Notes: generated by a model not told the origin, from the letters alone. A stretch of 64,000 bases of DNA from Octopus vulgaris (GCA_951406725.2 OX597816.1:120962001-121026000); one strand, 5' to 3'; counted from the stretch's first letter, positions 10,421 through 23,889 are shown. Made by a program: numbers and translations.

Positions 10421-13159
10421 AAAGTGGTCTACCAATCTTGTTGATTTCATTGATTTTTCTAAATAGTACACATCCAGAAATGTGTAGGGGAATGAGTGTA
10501 GTGGAAATCAATTCTTGTATAAGCTTGGTGTTCATGTTATTGAGCTAATGTAATTGGTAGAATTGATTTAGTAGGATTTCTACTGAGAATATTGAGGGCA
10601 TTTAATCAAATAATGTAAATAATCTAACCCCCTTTTTTTTTTATAGTATTTCTCTTGAAATCAACTGCCTTTCTTTTAATAAGTTATGAAAATATTGAAG
10701 AATTTTGTAAAAGAACTATTGTTATTAAACTGGTGTTTGGAACATAAATAAACATGGAATTTTGATGAAAGATTTTTAAGTTACATCACTTTAAAACAAG
10801 AAGTCGTATCACAGAATCAGAGGCACTTTCAGGTGGGCTGATCAGGCCTTCAAAATACTCAACTTACTTCCTACTTGACTGAATATTAAATGCTACATTA
10901 CACAGAAGAAACTGTGTTAGGTTATTGATATGTGAAATCTTATTTTCAGAGTTACTTCTGCCGACTTTTGAGAGGACAAAAATTATTTGTGATAGCATGT
11001 GCTCATATATAAATATGGGTAGTTAAGCTGGAAACCTTAACTGCACATATAGCAACAAATGGAAATTGTAACTGCTTTCAAAACAATAAAATGTAAAGAT
11101 ATCAACATAATGATACACTGAATTTAAAGCAAAGGTCAGTCAACAATCCAATTTGGGGAAACAGTATATTCAATAATTATAGCTTTCCTTCTCATAGTTG
11201 AAATTTCTCCCCTGAAAACACCACTTTTTTAATAAAGCCCTGTACTCAATGACTAAAAACTGAGCAGTTGATGTGGTCAGAGTGTGGTAGAAGTTAGTAA
11301 TTAAAGATCAATAGGTCATGACTCAGGTGATGCAAAACTTTATTCAGACTACAGAAATAATTAATAAACACACATACATGTATGTGTGTAACATATACAT
11401 AAACGAAAGAAAAACACATTAGGTTATCCTGATCATGAATATTAATCTTCTGTGAAATTAATTTTTAATTCTTTGAAATTACTTCCCCCTTTTCATTGAG
11501 AGTCGCTAACAATTACTGATAGATTTTTGCTTTCTTTCTCTGACCAAGAGATAAATTCCAATTGATGAGAAATTTTTGTGTATATTGTTTATCATATTGC
11601 TGTCACAATCGCCTTAATTTATGTCATTAGCTCACTTTATGTAATTATGAAAATTATACTGAACAAATTCTTTATAATCATTGACCATTTATAAAAATTT
11701 AAGTCCAATGATCAAAGGAAACTTCAGAAAATTATCCTTCATTCTTGATGCCTAACAAAACTGGAACATGTGTATCTGTCACCTTCTCTGCTTTAAAAAT
11801 ATCATTTTGTCCTCAGTGTGAAAATTCAGTTTTCACGCTCAGGAGAAATTATCTCCTCCTTTTAAGTCACTGACAAATGCTGCCATGGTATTAATTTTTT
11901 ATCTTTCTCCAACTAAGAGCAATTCCTAATCATTGAGATTATTTTGTTAATGTCATTCAGTACATCACTACCTATCTAAATCATGTGCTATAATGTGACT
12001 AATGTGAATTTTTTTTATGTGAGTTTTCACTCACTTTGATTCAGGTAGCCAAGTTTTCATTGATATCTCAACTTTGCAAAATCTCAGTGTCATTTTGCAC
12101 TAACATTGGCACAAAGTTAGGAACAAAATGTTCTGGCTTGGCTTTATTGCGATTAATGTACTCTTAATACTTCATTTTGCTGTTTCTAAAATATTAATAA
12201 GTAATATTCACCCTAAGAAACTATGGGCTTTTTTTTAGTTTCATTTTCCAAAAACAAAGATGAAACTATCCAATGATACTTCGTTATTACTGTGATGTCA
12301 GTACAGATTCAAAACAACAGTATGTCTCTTTGATAAGTTTTACATACATCAGGTTAAATCTTATCAATCGTTTAGTTAACTTTCTCACATGTTTTCCCAA
12401 AAGGTTATGCCCAATGTTGTTAACATATTTGATTCTGTTATTTCCATTCCTCCTCTTATTTACCTTCATCGTAAACCATCTTTGAAGTTGAGTTTCTGCC
12501 ACCAACGAATTGGTGTTTTCAGTGTGTGCAATATGGGAATAATCATTAATACTATTGGGCATGTTGGAGCTCTGTATAAATATGCATGTATATATATATA
12601 TATATATATATATACATACACACACACATAATGATGTGTGCATGTGTATAGATATAGGTAGGCAGTGAGTGCATGTAAAATGTTCTTAGTGATCTATGTT
12701 TTGTGTGTGTGCCTAGACGATGAATATACAAGAGATAGATGTTAAACATGCATATATTCTATCCAATATTTGTATGAATGTATGTATTATGAGATTCCTT
12801 TTGACAGGGAAAAATTTGTTCCTGGTCAAAAGGAATTTTATAATAATGCTAACTGTACTCCCTCCATCTAAAATGTTCTATTGTTATTCTTAAACTTGCT
12901 TTAAAATAATAACTTTAACTTTACTTACACACATTCGTAAATAAGTGGTAAAGTAACCAACAATCACCACTAGGTTTTTGTCCTTTTCTGTTCCTCCAGC
13001 AAAGCAAAAAATTAATTTTTTTTTTTTTCGTGTATGACATTCAAAATATTACCTCTTGATGTATCAGGATTCGTGCTTTTGGTTCACTTGAATTATTTCC
13101 CTAAGGTCATTTTATTTGGCCAAAGAGTTTTCTTTATTTAAAAATCTTTGTCAGCTGAT

Positions 13160-14390
13160 CAGACAAATGTACTGATGATGTCTAACAGATTGAAACATTC
13201 GTTCATTGTTGCCACTTCACCTTGTAAATTGTGTTAAAGAGAATCGCTAATCATCCTTCACAACCACAACCTCCCCTTAATAGATTCTCAAATGTAACAC
13301 TCTCTTGCAAACACAGCTTCTATTCATCATTTTCCCATTTTGTTAAATGTATGTAGTCCCCTGATTACAATTAACCTTAGGATACAACTAGGTCACACTA
13401 ACAACTTACTCCTCCACTAATACCATTTATACTACCAAATTATTCCTTCTGACTACCTTTGCACATTCCTTTTATCAAGCACACCCCATCCCTCTTACAA
13501 CCATCCTATCTTCACATGTATTCTTTCCCCATTTTCTCCTTATTCCTCTTCAACCCCACTGCATTAGCTACCAAATTATCCACCCCTCACCCTACCACTA
13601 AATCACCTTTGTTATTTGATTCTCCCCTTCAATCTAAACCAATTTGTACTAACTACTGCAGTCCTGACTACCAACTCACCCCTACTCTGTCCACTTCCCT
13701 CTATCTTCTGTCATAACTTTCCATATACCTTAGTAATCTCCCTCTTCCACCAACTTACTTTTTTTCTTCAAATTACTCCTTAGCCATTCTATAAGCATCT
13801 ATGAATTAGATTCTTTTCCTACCTCTAATAATTGCCCTCCTCTTTCTCACTGTTTCAACTTCCCATAGTTCTATAGCCATTACCCCCAAAACTTTAACAC
13901 CTATTCACAAACCCAACAACAACTGACCTGGCTTCTATTACTACCCCTCCCACTCATATCTCAACTCTCCGTCTCTGCTACTACTACCTCTCTCAGTACC
14001 CTGATTGTTAACACCGTTCCATCTTCCTGAACTGGCTCTTATCTCCTTTCATCATTCCCCGCCTCTGCACTCCTAACATCCTCACCAAGCCTCCTACTTC
14101 CTTACTTCAATATGCTTGCTCTCCACATTTAATTATTTCACTTTTAAACTTCTCTGCGTCACCATCTGAAATCTAAGATTTTGTTTCTACACTGATGACA
14201 GAGGTTCGATTTATCCAACGTTTATTTACTTCCATTACTGACTGCATATTTTGGTGAACTACATCTAACATCATGATGGATCTCTAACCCCCAGAAACAG
14301 CTGTTGGACTTGCAACATCTTACCTCCATCCCTTTAATTTTCTCTGTCGTTTGTACCCTGTGTAAGTTCGATCTATTAATATATAAATGT
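13160..14390 (+). mobile_element. Probable Penelope-like element terminal region(s) with hammerhead-like cores
   Basis: Pyrimidine/C-rich block bracketed by two CTGATGA...GAAAC motifs (13172, 14193), the second with palindromic ACAGCTGT. No clear coding match, so the class is inferred. Confidence 0.4.
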
Positions 14391-14540
14391 CTATATATCT
14401 ATACTTAAATATTCATCGTCTGAAAATCTTGTCTTCGCTTTTTTACACACACACACACACACATGTATATATGTATTATTTATCAAATCCAAACTGTTAC
14501 ATTTAATTTGTTTATCTGCATAATTGCTTTTCTCTGTCTC

Positions 14541-14571
<31 letters not shown>

Positions 14572-14578
14572 CTATCTA

Positions 14579-14611
<33 letters not shown>

Positions 14612-14674
14612 GTGTGTGGGGGGGGGTGCGGGGGCGTGCGAGCGTGTGCATGACTTTTTATTTTTTTCTCACAC

Positions 14675-14858
14675 TGCCTGACAATCGATGCTAGTTTGTT
14701 TACGACCTCCTAACTTAGCGGCTCGGCGGAAAGACTGACAGAATAAGTTACTGGCTTGAAAAAGATTAAGTAACTGGGGTCGATTTATTTGATTAACCAC
14801 TTGAAGGTAGTGCCCCAGCATGGCCACGTCCAGTGACTGAAACTATTAAAAGAATAAA
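14675..14858 (+). mobile_element. SINE family B, 3' half
   Basis: taacttagcggctcggc...ccccagcatggccac...gactgaaac matches the family tail. Confidence 0.82.
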
Positions 14859-15896
14859 TAAGTGAAGAAATGTATTATACACCCTGCATAATGATTAAGC
14901 TATAAAAAAGAACTTTATATGTATAACTTTTTAAAATTCTATTGACTATCATTTCACTTGGGTTGAGATTTTTGTCTGTGCAATTTCCGTTCTTTACATG
15001 TGAAAGGTAACATTTAGGAAATATGTAAATAAATTTATATTCGATTACTAATACATTTGTTTATTGTTACTACTTACATGAGCTTATGCGGGTGCCTTTA
15101 TGCGGTTTCTCGATCTGTTAGAAACAGCCACCAAATATTTCTCAAAATATACCCGACAGTCTTAAAAGAGTGAAGGATGCCCTTACTAATGTATCCTTGA
15201 TATAAAAAAGGACGACATAGTTGTGACTAGTCATATTTTCTCGAAGATGTGCTCTGTTAGAAGGGAGCTGAGGATAAGCAACTATTTACATGAAGAGAAA
15301 AGTATAAAATATTTAAAGGAAAGAATATGTAAATGAAAACGAATGTAGAGATTATACATTTTGGGAACAGTCATGAGTAGGTTACTGAATATGTTGTTTT
15401 ACCTTGTTCCATTATGAAATTTTCACAATGGTCTCATTTCCACTCTATAGGAAGTTAAAGGTGGTTGCAGATAGATAAAAACAATAATGAATTGTATATA
15501 ATTTTTCTTTTTATTTCCTACAGGAAATAAATTTTTTCCGATCTTATTGGCAGACTAATTCAATAAGCACATCGACTGCACGTGGTTTGTGAATGTACGT
15601 TATTATAGGATAAAATTCAAACAGAATGTGCAAATTTTAGTTTACAAAATCAACCATGACAAAGTTTGTATAAATTTGTTTGAAAATGTACATATATATT
15701 TTAGTGCTTTACCAGTCAAGTTGAATAATGTGCTGTGGAAATATCCATGTAATTTTCTTGTTTTACAAAGCCAACTAAATGATGTAAATAGAAAATCTAC
15801 TAAATAAAGTGTTACCGCCTTACGGTATGCAAATTAGTATCAGTTTTCTGTACCTACTGTAATTGTTGAGTATGTAACGAACACCTATAGAATACA

Positions 15897-16255
15897 CGCC
15901 GCCGCCGTGGTGATCTCATTCTCGCCCACAACATCATAAGCGGAAAGTGTAACCTCTCGAAAGAGCTGTTCTTCACTCCTGCTCCAGAGCGTCGGCTGCG
16001 GGGTCATTCCGAAAAGCTCTACCTGCGACGATTTCATCTCAATCGAAGGAGAGGAGCTTTCTCCGTCCGGGTTGCGGATCCGTGGAACAAGCTGCCAGAC
16101 GAGATGGTGAAGATGCCGACGACCGCTTTGTTCAAAGCCTCCCTGGACCTCAAGTGGCCTGAACTCTTTACATGAACACCACCCTGTACTTAACTCCATG
16201 TCCCCCTACATGGCCTTGCTATTTGCTTTTGAGCCAAATTAACTAACTAACTAAC
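15897..16255 (+). mobile_element. CR1-clade LINE 3' end, 5'-truncated, apparently young
   Basis: Open frame RRRRGDLILAHNIISG...RLRGHSEKL...RRGAFSVRVADPWNKLP...FKASLD...* (stop 16173-16175), short 3' UTR and (TAAC)n tail. Confidence 0.92.
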
Positions 16256-17799
16256 ATTGGCTAAGATTCGTAAGCGAATCCACATTGTCAAATAAGTCCA
16301 CGGTCCATTGTCTTAGTCTTTCTGCACTGAGAGATTAATGAGGATGAACTGATCTCTTAGACATTCTCCGGGTATTCATCAGTCAAACTTGATATATAAG
16401 TAGAATCCTTTTGTTCTCGGTTGACATAATTAAGCTGGAGAAGTTTTAAATACGCAGGCAAATACCAGTCAATCTCTTTTGGTAATTTAGCGATGGCTAT
16501 CTTCCTCGCGTCAGGTATGTCTTATCACGAGCACGAGAACACAACTGTTATTCTATCTAGCTGCATACATTCGTTTTATTCTGTCTTTTCCCCTAACAGT
16601 CACAGAGATGAAACTACTATCATACAGAATGGACTGGGGATCCACAAACGAAGTTATATATATTTTGTATATTGTAACGACTAATATAATCAACTTAATA
16701 AACGACCATATTAATAATCAAGCAAATAGCGATCTTGAATAATTTTTCGGATCCCTTTTCACATTAAATTTCATCTTTACAAGTATATAAACAGATTGGT
16801 TGCTTGTTTCTCTGGGATTGATGTAGACGCCTCTGATGAGAATCCATTAAGTCGAAAGTTTACGCCTATATTGACAGTAGTAAAAATAGACTTAGATAAC
16901 GTACGGTTTTTTTTTTTAACTGGTAGAAATAGACATCGCCAAAAGATTTCTCACGTTAGCATCAATGATCTGAAGCAACTGAACGGGAGTCACTTCCATC
17001 CGTGTTATTGCTTTCTCGAGTTTGTGATCAGTGTGAAAAGAGACTAGAGATACTAGACTTGTTAGATCGAGCGAACTGAGCTAAAAGCCAGTCACGTGTT
17101 CCGGTTAAATTGAAAAAAAAGACTCCCATAGAATACTAGTCTCTGACTGGCTTAAATTTCTGATTAACTAAAATAAAACACATGACAAAATAGGGTTAAT
17201 TAATTTATCGACAGTCAAATGCAGTCGCTAGAACTTCGTAATCTGTTTTTGTTATCATTCATACTTCTTTTGATTATTTGAAGTCAAAATCTATATAATT
17301 TGTTCAATGACATTTTTTAGGTGTTAACTACTGTTCAAATGTGATGATCGCATCTATAGATGATGGCTTGCAACTTTTCTGATTTATTCTGCTCTAATCT
17401 CTAATCCTTTATCGGGTATATACGGCAGCATTTCGGTATATTCCACTCCACATCACCAAGAAAATACCTAACGACTTTTTAAGATTCCACACTGTTACTT
17501 TTATAAATAAATCGCATAGGTTTCTGATAATACACTCGAGGTGGAAAAAAGGAGCCAAGTAGAAGCAACTCCTCCCCCACTCAAAAGAAAAGCCAAAAAA
17601 AAAAAAAACCCTCCGTAGTCATCATATTTTTCTAAAAAAAAAAACTCCGTTCACATAGCCAATATTATGACACTGTCAAAAAGCAGGAGGCGACTTCCTT
17701 CAATGATAGACCATTTCCGATTCAGAATTGGGTGAATTGTTTCTACCATATTACTTCTACTTCCCATTGATTCTTTATGCATTGTGGATCGGCGACGAT

Positions 17800-18600
17800 G
17801 GGTCGCTAAAGAACGAGGGATTTTCTTCACGATAAAGTTATGATCGAGGTCAGTGTTTCCGAACAAACTATCATCAATTGGTCAATTTTCTTCAGAGAAG
17901 CCTACAAGAAGAGCTCGTCGAGGATGGCATGTCTCATGTGATTGAGCTTGACGTCATAGTTGAAAATTACAGAAATATGAAACTACTTCTAATCGACGTC
18001 ATAAAGATAAGAATAGGATAAAAACGCTTTAGTAAGATTTTTTGTTGTTGCATTACTGATAAATATTCGTAATATAATGCTTTCTGCCACCGATAGAATA
18101 AGGAATATCTTTGCATGTCGAACTCAAAATAAACCCAATACTTTATATGCAGCTGAATAATTTACAAAAGCATGGTTCATTCGTTCGAATCACAGTGTTG
18201 TTTTAACTTAGCATTTGGAGACGTAAATTCATGAGACGTTGGAACAAGGATCGGATTAAGATACTTGGAGTCTAGTTCGAGCTAGACTTTCAGCTGACAA
18301 AAACTGATTGAATGTTTGAAATCTGCTATGTTCTCAGGCATTCACTGCATTCAACCAATTGGACCATATTGAAAGTTAACCATTGCATACTATGGAAGAT
18401 TAATGGAGGATACGAATGGCAATGGTTTGGGAGCGAGTCTATCCGTCGACGAAAAAGTCTGAAGTATCTTTTCTGGAAGATTTTCTATTCGAAGATCATG
18501 GACAATTTCGAAAAGTTCTTACTCTGGCAGTGCTATTCGAGATAAACTATAGAGAAATGATCGTGTTGCAGCCAAGCCTGGTTCTAGGCTGGTGGTGAAA
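17800..18600 (+). mobile_element. Possible decayed Merlin/IS1016-like transposase fragments
   Basis: EVSVSEQTIINWSIFFRE (~17845-17900) resembles the TIVDWxNFCRE motif. GGYEWQW...SIRR (~18405) resembles the N-terminal DGYxWRC region. No TIRs seen. Confidence 0.38.
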
Positions 18601-18769
18601 ATTGAGGGAAGGCATTTGACTTTGGTACTTTTCTGTCTCTTCGAATGCACAAACGTGACTAACGTCACAATGCATTCTTTTTATCAACACACTGTTTTAC
18701 CTACACGTATACTCTTTTTTTTTTTTTGCGCTAGCTTACTGCATTCACTAAAGAGATTGTTGTTGCTGG

Positions 18770-19243
18770 TGGTTGTGGTGCTGCTACTATGCTGAGTAAG
18801 AACGCCAACAGAGGAGATATAAATAATTTCCAGTCTATAATCCTGCTAAATGAAGAGTTACAGATTTTGGTCAAGGTGTTAGCAAAGACGTTGGTGCTTG
18901 TGATCGGAGAAGTACGATCGTAGGCGGTTGCTACCAAATCCATTTACGAAACCCCTACTTCATGCGTTTTATCATAGAAGGAGCAGGTAACAAATCTGGT
19001 GTTAGTTGTGCTATGATCAATTTGCATCAGTCGAAAGGTTTCGGTAGGGCAAATCATTACTACTTTGCAGTAGTCTTAAAAGCAGTCGGTTTCGGAGCCG
19101 TTATCAGAGGCTGGATCGTAGGATGTACGATAGTACTTGTTCGGAGGTCAAAGTGAACGGCCACTTCTTGGAACCTTTTCATATCGTACGCTCGCTCTGT
19201 CAAGAGTATCCCCTTTCGTTTCTTCTATACCTGCTGGCCTTTG
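18770..19243 (+). mobile_element. Tx1/L1-clade LINE RT fragment
   Basis: NNFQSIILLNEELQILVKVLAK, AMINLHQSKGFGRANHYY and VKVNGHFLEPFHIVRSLCQEYPLS; homologous to 31450-31920. Confidence 0.85.
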
Positions 19244-19257
19244 ATGCGGAAGCTAGG

Positions 19258-19599
<342 letters not shown>

Positions 19600-19600
<1 letters not shown>

Positions 19601-21313
19601 TATTCAGTAGTGTTTATTTTTATCACGTGCCTTCATTACCGGGCGCAGCTCTGTGTGCCTTGGTATGTGCTGTGGTCTGTTGTGATGCTCTCATTTTTAC
19701 TGTAATGTGCCTTGGGTACATGCTGTGGTTTGTTGTGATGCTCTTATTTTTACTGTCTTGAAAGTGTTTTACGTAGGATGTGTGCGGTGTCTAGTAGTGC
19801 AATTTTCTGTATGTTATACTTGTTAATCTTGGTATTTTTGTTATGTATTTGTCTGAATATTTTTTTATCATTCCTAATGCGCCTACTATGATAGGAATTG
19901 TTTCTGTTTTTAGACTCTACAATCGGGTTACCTCTATTTCCAGATCTTTGTATTTTGAAAGTTTCTCCATTTCTTTTAGAGAAACATTGTTGGTATTGAT
20001 ACATCGATTAGAAAGCATCTTTTTTCTTGATGATCTGTGACAACTAAATCCAACCTATAGGCCTTGATGTACTACCTGGCATATCCCCGAGTATGGTTGT
20101 TTTTCCATTTTCTGTGACTTTTCCTGGCGTATGCGTATATCATCTTTTTCCTGTTGTTATTCTAAAATGTTGACATCGTTTCCAGTGTATATAGGTCCCA
20201 ACTCTGTCGTGTCTGTGAATATATTCCTTCTTAGCCTGAACTAGGTAGCCTGAGACAATATGATTTATTGTTCTTTCTCCATCTCCACATATTAAGAAGT
20301 TGCTTGTACTTCGATTCATTACATGTTTTTGGTAATTTCTGGTTGGAAAGCTTTGATCTTGTGCAGCAATTAAAAATCCTTCAATCTCTGCTTTGAGTCC
20401 TGAGCCTCTCAGCCATTGTTGGGATTTTGCTTTGTCTGTTTCTTTTCTGTTTAGTTTAATCCAGTATTTACCACGAAGGGGATTTTCTTGCCATCTTTCA
20501 GTTATTTTACAGCTTTCGTTGTTACTTCTTTTCTTCGTAGTTGTTAGGTACTATGACTTCTCTTTTGTATTTGTCAGAGTGAAAATAGTTTTTGTTTTTG
20601 TTTTGTTCGTGTTTTGTGGCTATTTGTATTAGTTTTCCTTGCTTCTGAAGTTGGTATTTCTATATGGTAGTTATTTTGTAATAGTTTTCTGGCTGTATAA
20701 GGCCTCTACCACCTTCAATACGTTGTATATATAACTTTTCTCTCTCAGATTTTGGATGGTGCATCTTAAATCCTATCATTATTTTTCTTGTTTTCCTGTC
20801 TATTTTGATTAGTTCATTTAGAGTCCAGTTAAGAATATTGTAGCTGTAACTGAGACGGCTAGTGGGTTGATACCTATCACCTTGTTTTTCGCATTGAGCT
20901 CTGTTTTCTATATTAATCTGACTCGTCTATAGTATTCCTTTTTCATTTTCTCTTTCATTTTTGTGTGTGTTGTATCGTATTAGTTCATTGATTCCCAGTA
21001 TTTGTATGTCTGGTTTTGGTCTAATTCTCTTATTTCATTTGCTTTATCTAGTGTGATGTTGCTACTCTTAACTAGTTTTCCTCTTTTCAAGGTTGCTTTG
21101 GCACATTTTTCTAATCGAAATTCATGTTTATTTCAGTACAGTAAAGCCATGTACTGGAGTATTCCTCTTCTAATGGGAATGGCTTTGGTTTTTATGAGTC
21201 CCTCTTTTGTCTGGAGCTGTAGGCACTGTCCGTCATTTATTCATGGAATGTTTTATATATTTTATGATTATTGGTGCTTGTTCATGGCTAGTGTTTCTAG
21301 GATCCATGTGTGG

Positions 21314-21315
<2 letters not shown>
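19600..21315 (-). mobile_element. R4/Dong family B LINE, 5'-truncated and internally deleted
   Basis: PHTWILETL...IPIRRGILQ, EKCAK, GFLIAAQDQS, RHDRVGTYIHW and IQKIALLDTAHILRKTLS, then a 3' UTR shared with 39780-39876. Flanked by (AAT)n. Confidence 0.9.
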
Positions 21316-21367
<52 letters not shown>

Positions 21368-21368
<1 letters not shown>

Positions 21369-23300
21369 GTTTGGCTTTTGCTTTGTATTTGTACAAGTTT
21401 ACTCCAAGTCTCACCCAGAGACCCCAAGAGACAATAAGTTAGAAGTTTAAGTTGGAGTTATGACTAGGGTGCCATATATTTGGTTTTGCACAGAGTATTG
21501 TTCTAGAGAATGCCTGTCAAAACAAATAAATTAGAAGTTTGTTTTAATAGTAATTCGATTATAAGATGATAGTCAGATGTTAAGACGACAGTAAACACCT
21601 TTGTGTTTACTGTTATGTACATTTAAAAGTATTTTGACACTGTTTACGGATTAAAATATTTTGGGGATTACATAGATGATATTTTACGTAGGATGTGGGC
21701 AGTTCCCATGAGCACTATTTTTTGAATTTCTTCCATTTTTGGATTTTGGATTTCCAGCCCCTTTTGCTATCATTCCTAGGGCACATACGACAACAGGTAT
21801 TGTTTTAGACTTGAGATTCCACATTTTACCGATTTTTTTTTCAAGATCTTTATACTTGCTCAGTTTTTGGTAGGTCTTGACAGATGCATTTATGTTGATT
21901 GGGACAGTCATATCGATGAGGAGGCATGATTTTTGTCTTTTGTCTTTTGCATCTATCTTTCTGTCAGTTTGAACGGTGAAGTTTCAAAAGAGTGAGACGT
22001 GGTCATTTTCAAGCACTGGCGTTTTGTGTTCCCACCAGTTTTTATCCTCGGACAGGTCCAAGTCTTTGCAAATTACCCAGTGAATATACTGCGTTGCTCT
22101 ATCATGCCTGTTGAGATACTCTGTAGGCGCAAGAAAACTGCACATGGAGACAATACGATCAATGGTTTCATTTTGTTGCTTAGATACACATGTTGGGCTA
22201 CTGCCGTTCTTTAAGATGTTGGCCAGGTAGCTTCTTATATGTAGGCATTGATCTTGGGCTGCTATGATAAACCCTTCTGTCTTTGGTGTTAAGCCAGAAG
22301 ACACAAAGCATTGATGGATAAGGGCTTTGTCAACATCGGCATTATTCGCTCTCTTTGTGTATTTGCCATTAAGAGGTTTTTCTTGCCATTTATCAGTAAG
22401 AATATCTAAGGCAGCAGTTTTAGCATGCGTTTTCATAAGCTTAGCTTTTTCTGTGCTTGTTTCCAGTACGTCTAATTCTGGGATTTGTATTTGGAATTCA
22501 CTTAAATATTTCTTTGATTGTTTTGTTACTGAGTATGATTGTTTTTGTTTTCATACTTTAAGACAAGTTTTAACATCCAATCATCAGAGTTTTTCAGGTA
22601 GGTGTTTAGGCCAACTGTGGCAATCTTTATTGTTGGTTCCAGTTGTAAAAGTAAACGGCCACCTTCTTTTCTGGGCAGGTTCTATATCTACCTTAGGGTG
22701 GTGTATTCTTGCATTGCCAACAATTTGCATATTTTTCTGTCAAGATTACAGATTTCAGTAATTGACAAGTTTATAATATTGAGACTGTAAGTCACGACCG
22801 GTATGGCTAAAGTATTGATCGCTTCGATCCTGTTTCTTGCATTCAGCTGTCTAGAGTATTGCCCTTACCCTGCAATAACATTCTTTTCCGGTTCTTTCCC
22901 TCAACATTGAATGCTTGATTCCATCATCTTCAAATGCCCCTAGGTATTTGTAGCTCTCCGCTGGTTCTAACTCCTTTATAACATTCTGCTGGTTACGATT
23001 AACGTTGGATATTTCTTTCATTTTTCTTCTGATAAAGGTAGCTTTTGCACATTTATCGAGGTCAAACTGCATTCTGACGTCATCACAGAACTGCTAAACA
23101 ATTGCTAGTAAGCCCTGTAGTAGTTAGTCATTTTTACGAAGAGTTTTAAAACATCCATGCAAAAGAGTTGATTTATATCTTTATCAAAGATTTTATAGCT
23201 ATGTTGTACGTCATCGAGCAATTTCGAAAGAAGTATTTAGACTAGATAAAAGAGGAGTAGTGATAGAGAGTCACCCTGGAAAATGCCATATGAAATTCTT
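21368..23300 (-). mobile_element. R4/Dong family A LINE (RT 3' half, zinc knuckle, restriction-like endonuclease, 3' UTR)
   Basis: GIFQGDSLS, MQFDLDKCAK, YKYLG, TEGFIIAAQDQ, YLNRHD and KLSKYKDLE...TIPVVVCALG. Ends in (AAT)n. Confidence 0.92.
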
Positions 23301-23855
23301 ACATTCTCCTCCTCCACCTCCTCCTCCTCATCATCATTATCATCATCATCATTATCATCAGCATCATCATCATCATCATCGTTATTATTATTATTGTAAA
23401 TGCTATTTTGCATGCGTCGTCATTGATATCGTGTTGCTGCTGGAAACATAATAATTCTCAAATCTTAAGGTAAAGTATGAAATAAAGAGCGATGAAGAAT
23501 TTGGCTTTTGGCTGCTGTACTGCTCACAAGCTACTATTATACGGTTCAGTTAGTATACTGAGTTTCTCTGTTTTACCGAAGGCTTCCCTTGATTGATCAC
23601 TTCGTGTCTGACACGTGTGCTATTCAAGTGCACCTTTATTCAGATCACACAAATAGTTTACGTGTGATATCTGTTTACCAGGTACATGGAAGAGCGTAAT
23701 GGATGAGTGATTATAAAGTATGTATATCTTTTGACTGAAGAGTTGCCAGTTTGTATAACATTATTATTGATGATGTACTGCTGTTCTGTTTCCTTGGCAT
23801 TATACGTATCGAACACATCAGCTATCAAGCAAACCTTGTACGTCGTTGCTGTTAG

Positions 23856-23889
<34 letters not shown>

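Noticed and set aside
16825-16875. CTGATGA...GAAA hammerhead-like motif
   Set aside because: Stem II is weak and stems I and III do not pair.
17949-17956. TGACGTCA CRE palindrome
   Set aside because: A single 8-mer is expected by chance in 64 kb, and it lies in probable transposon debris.
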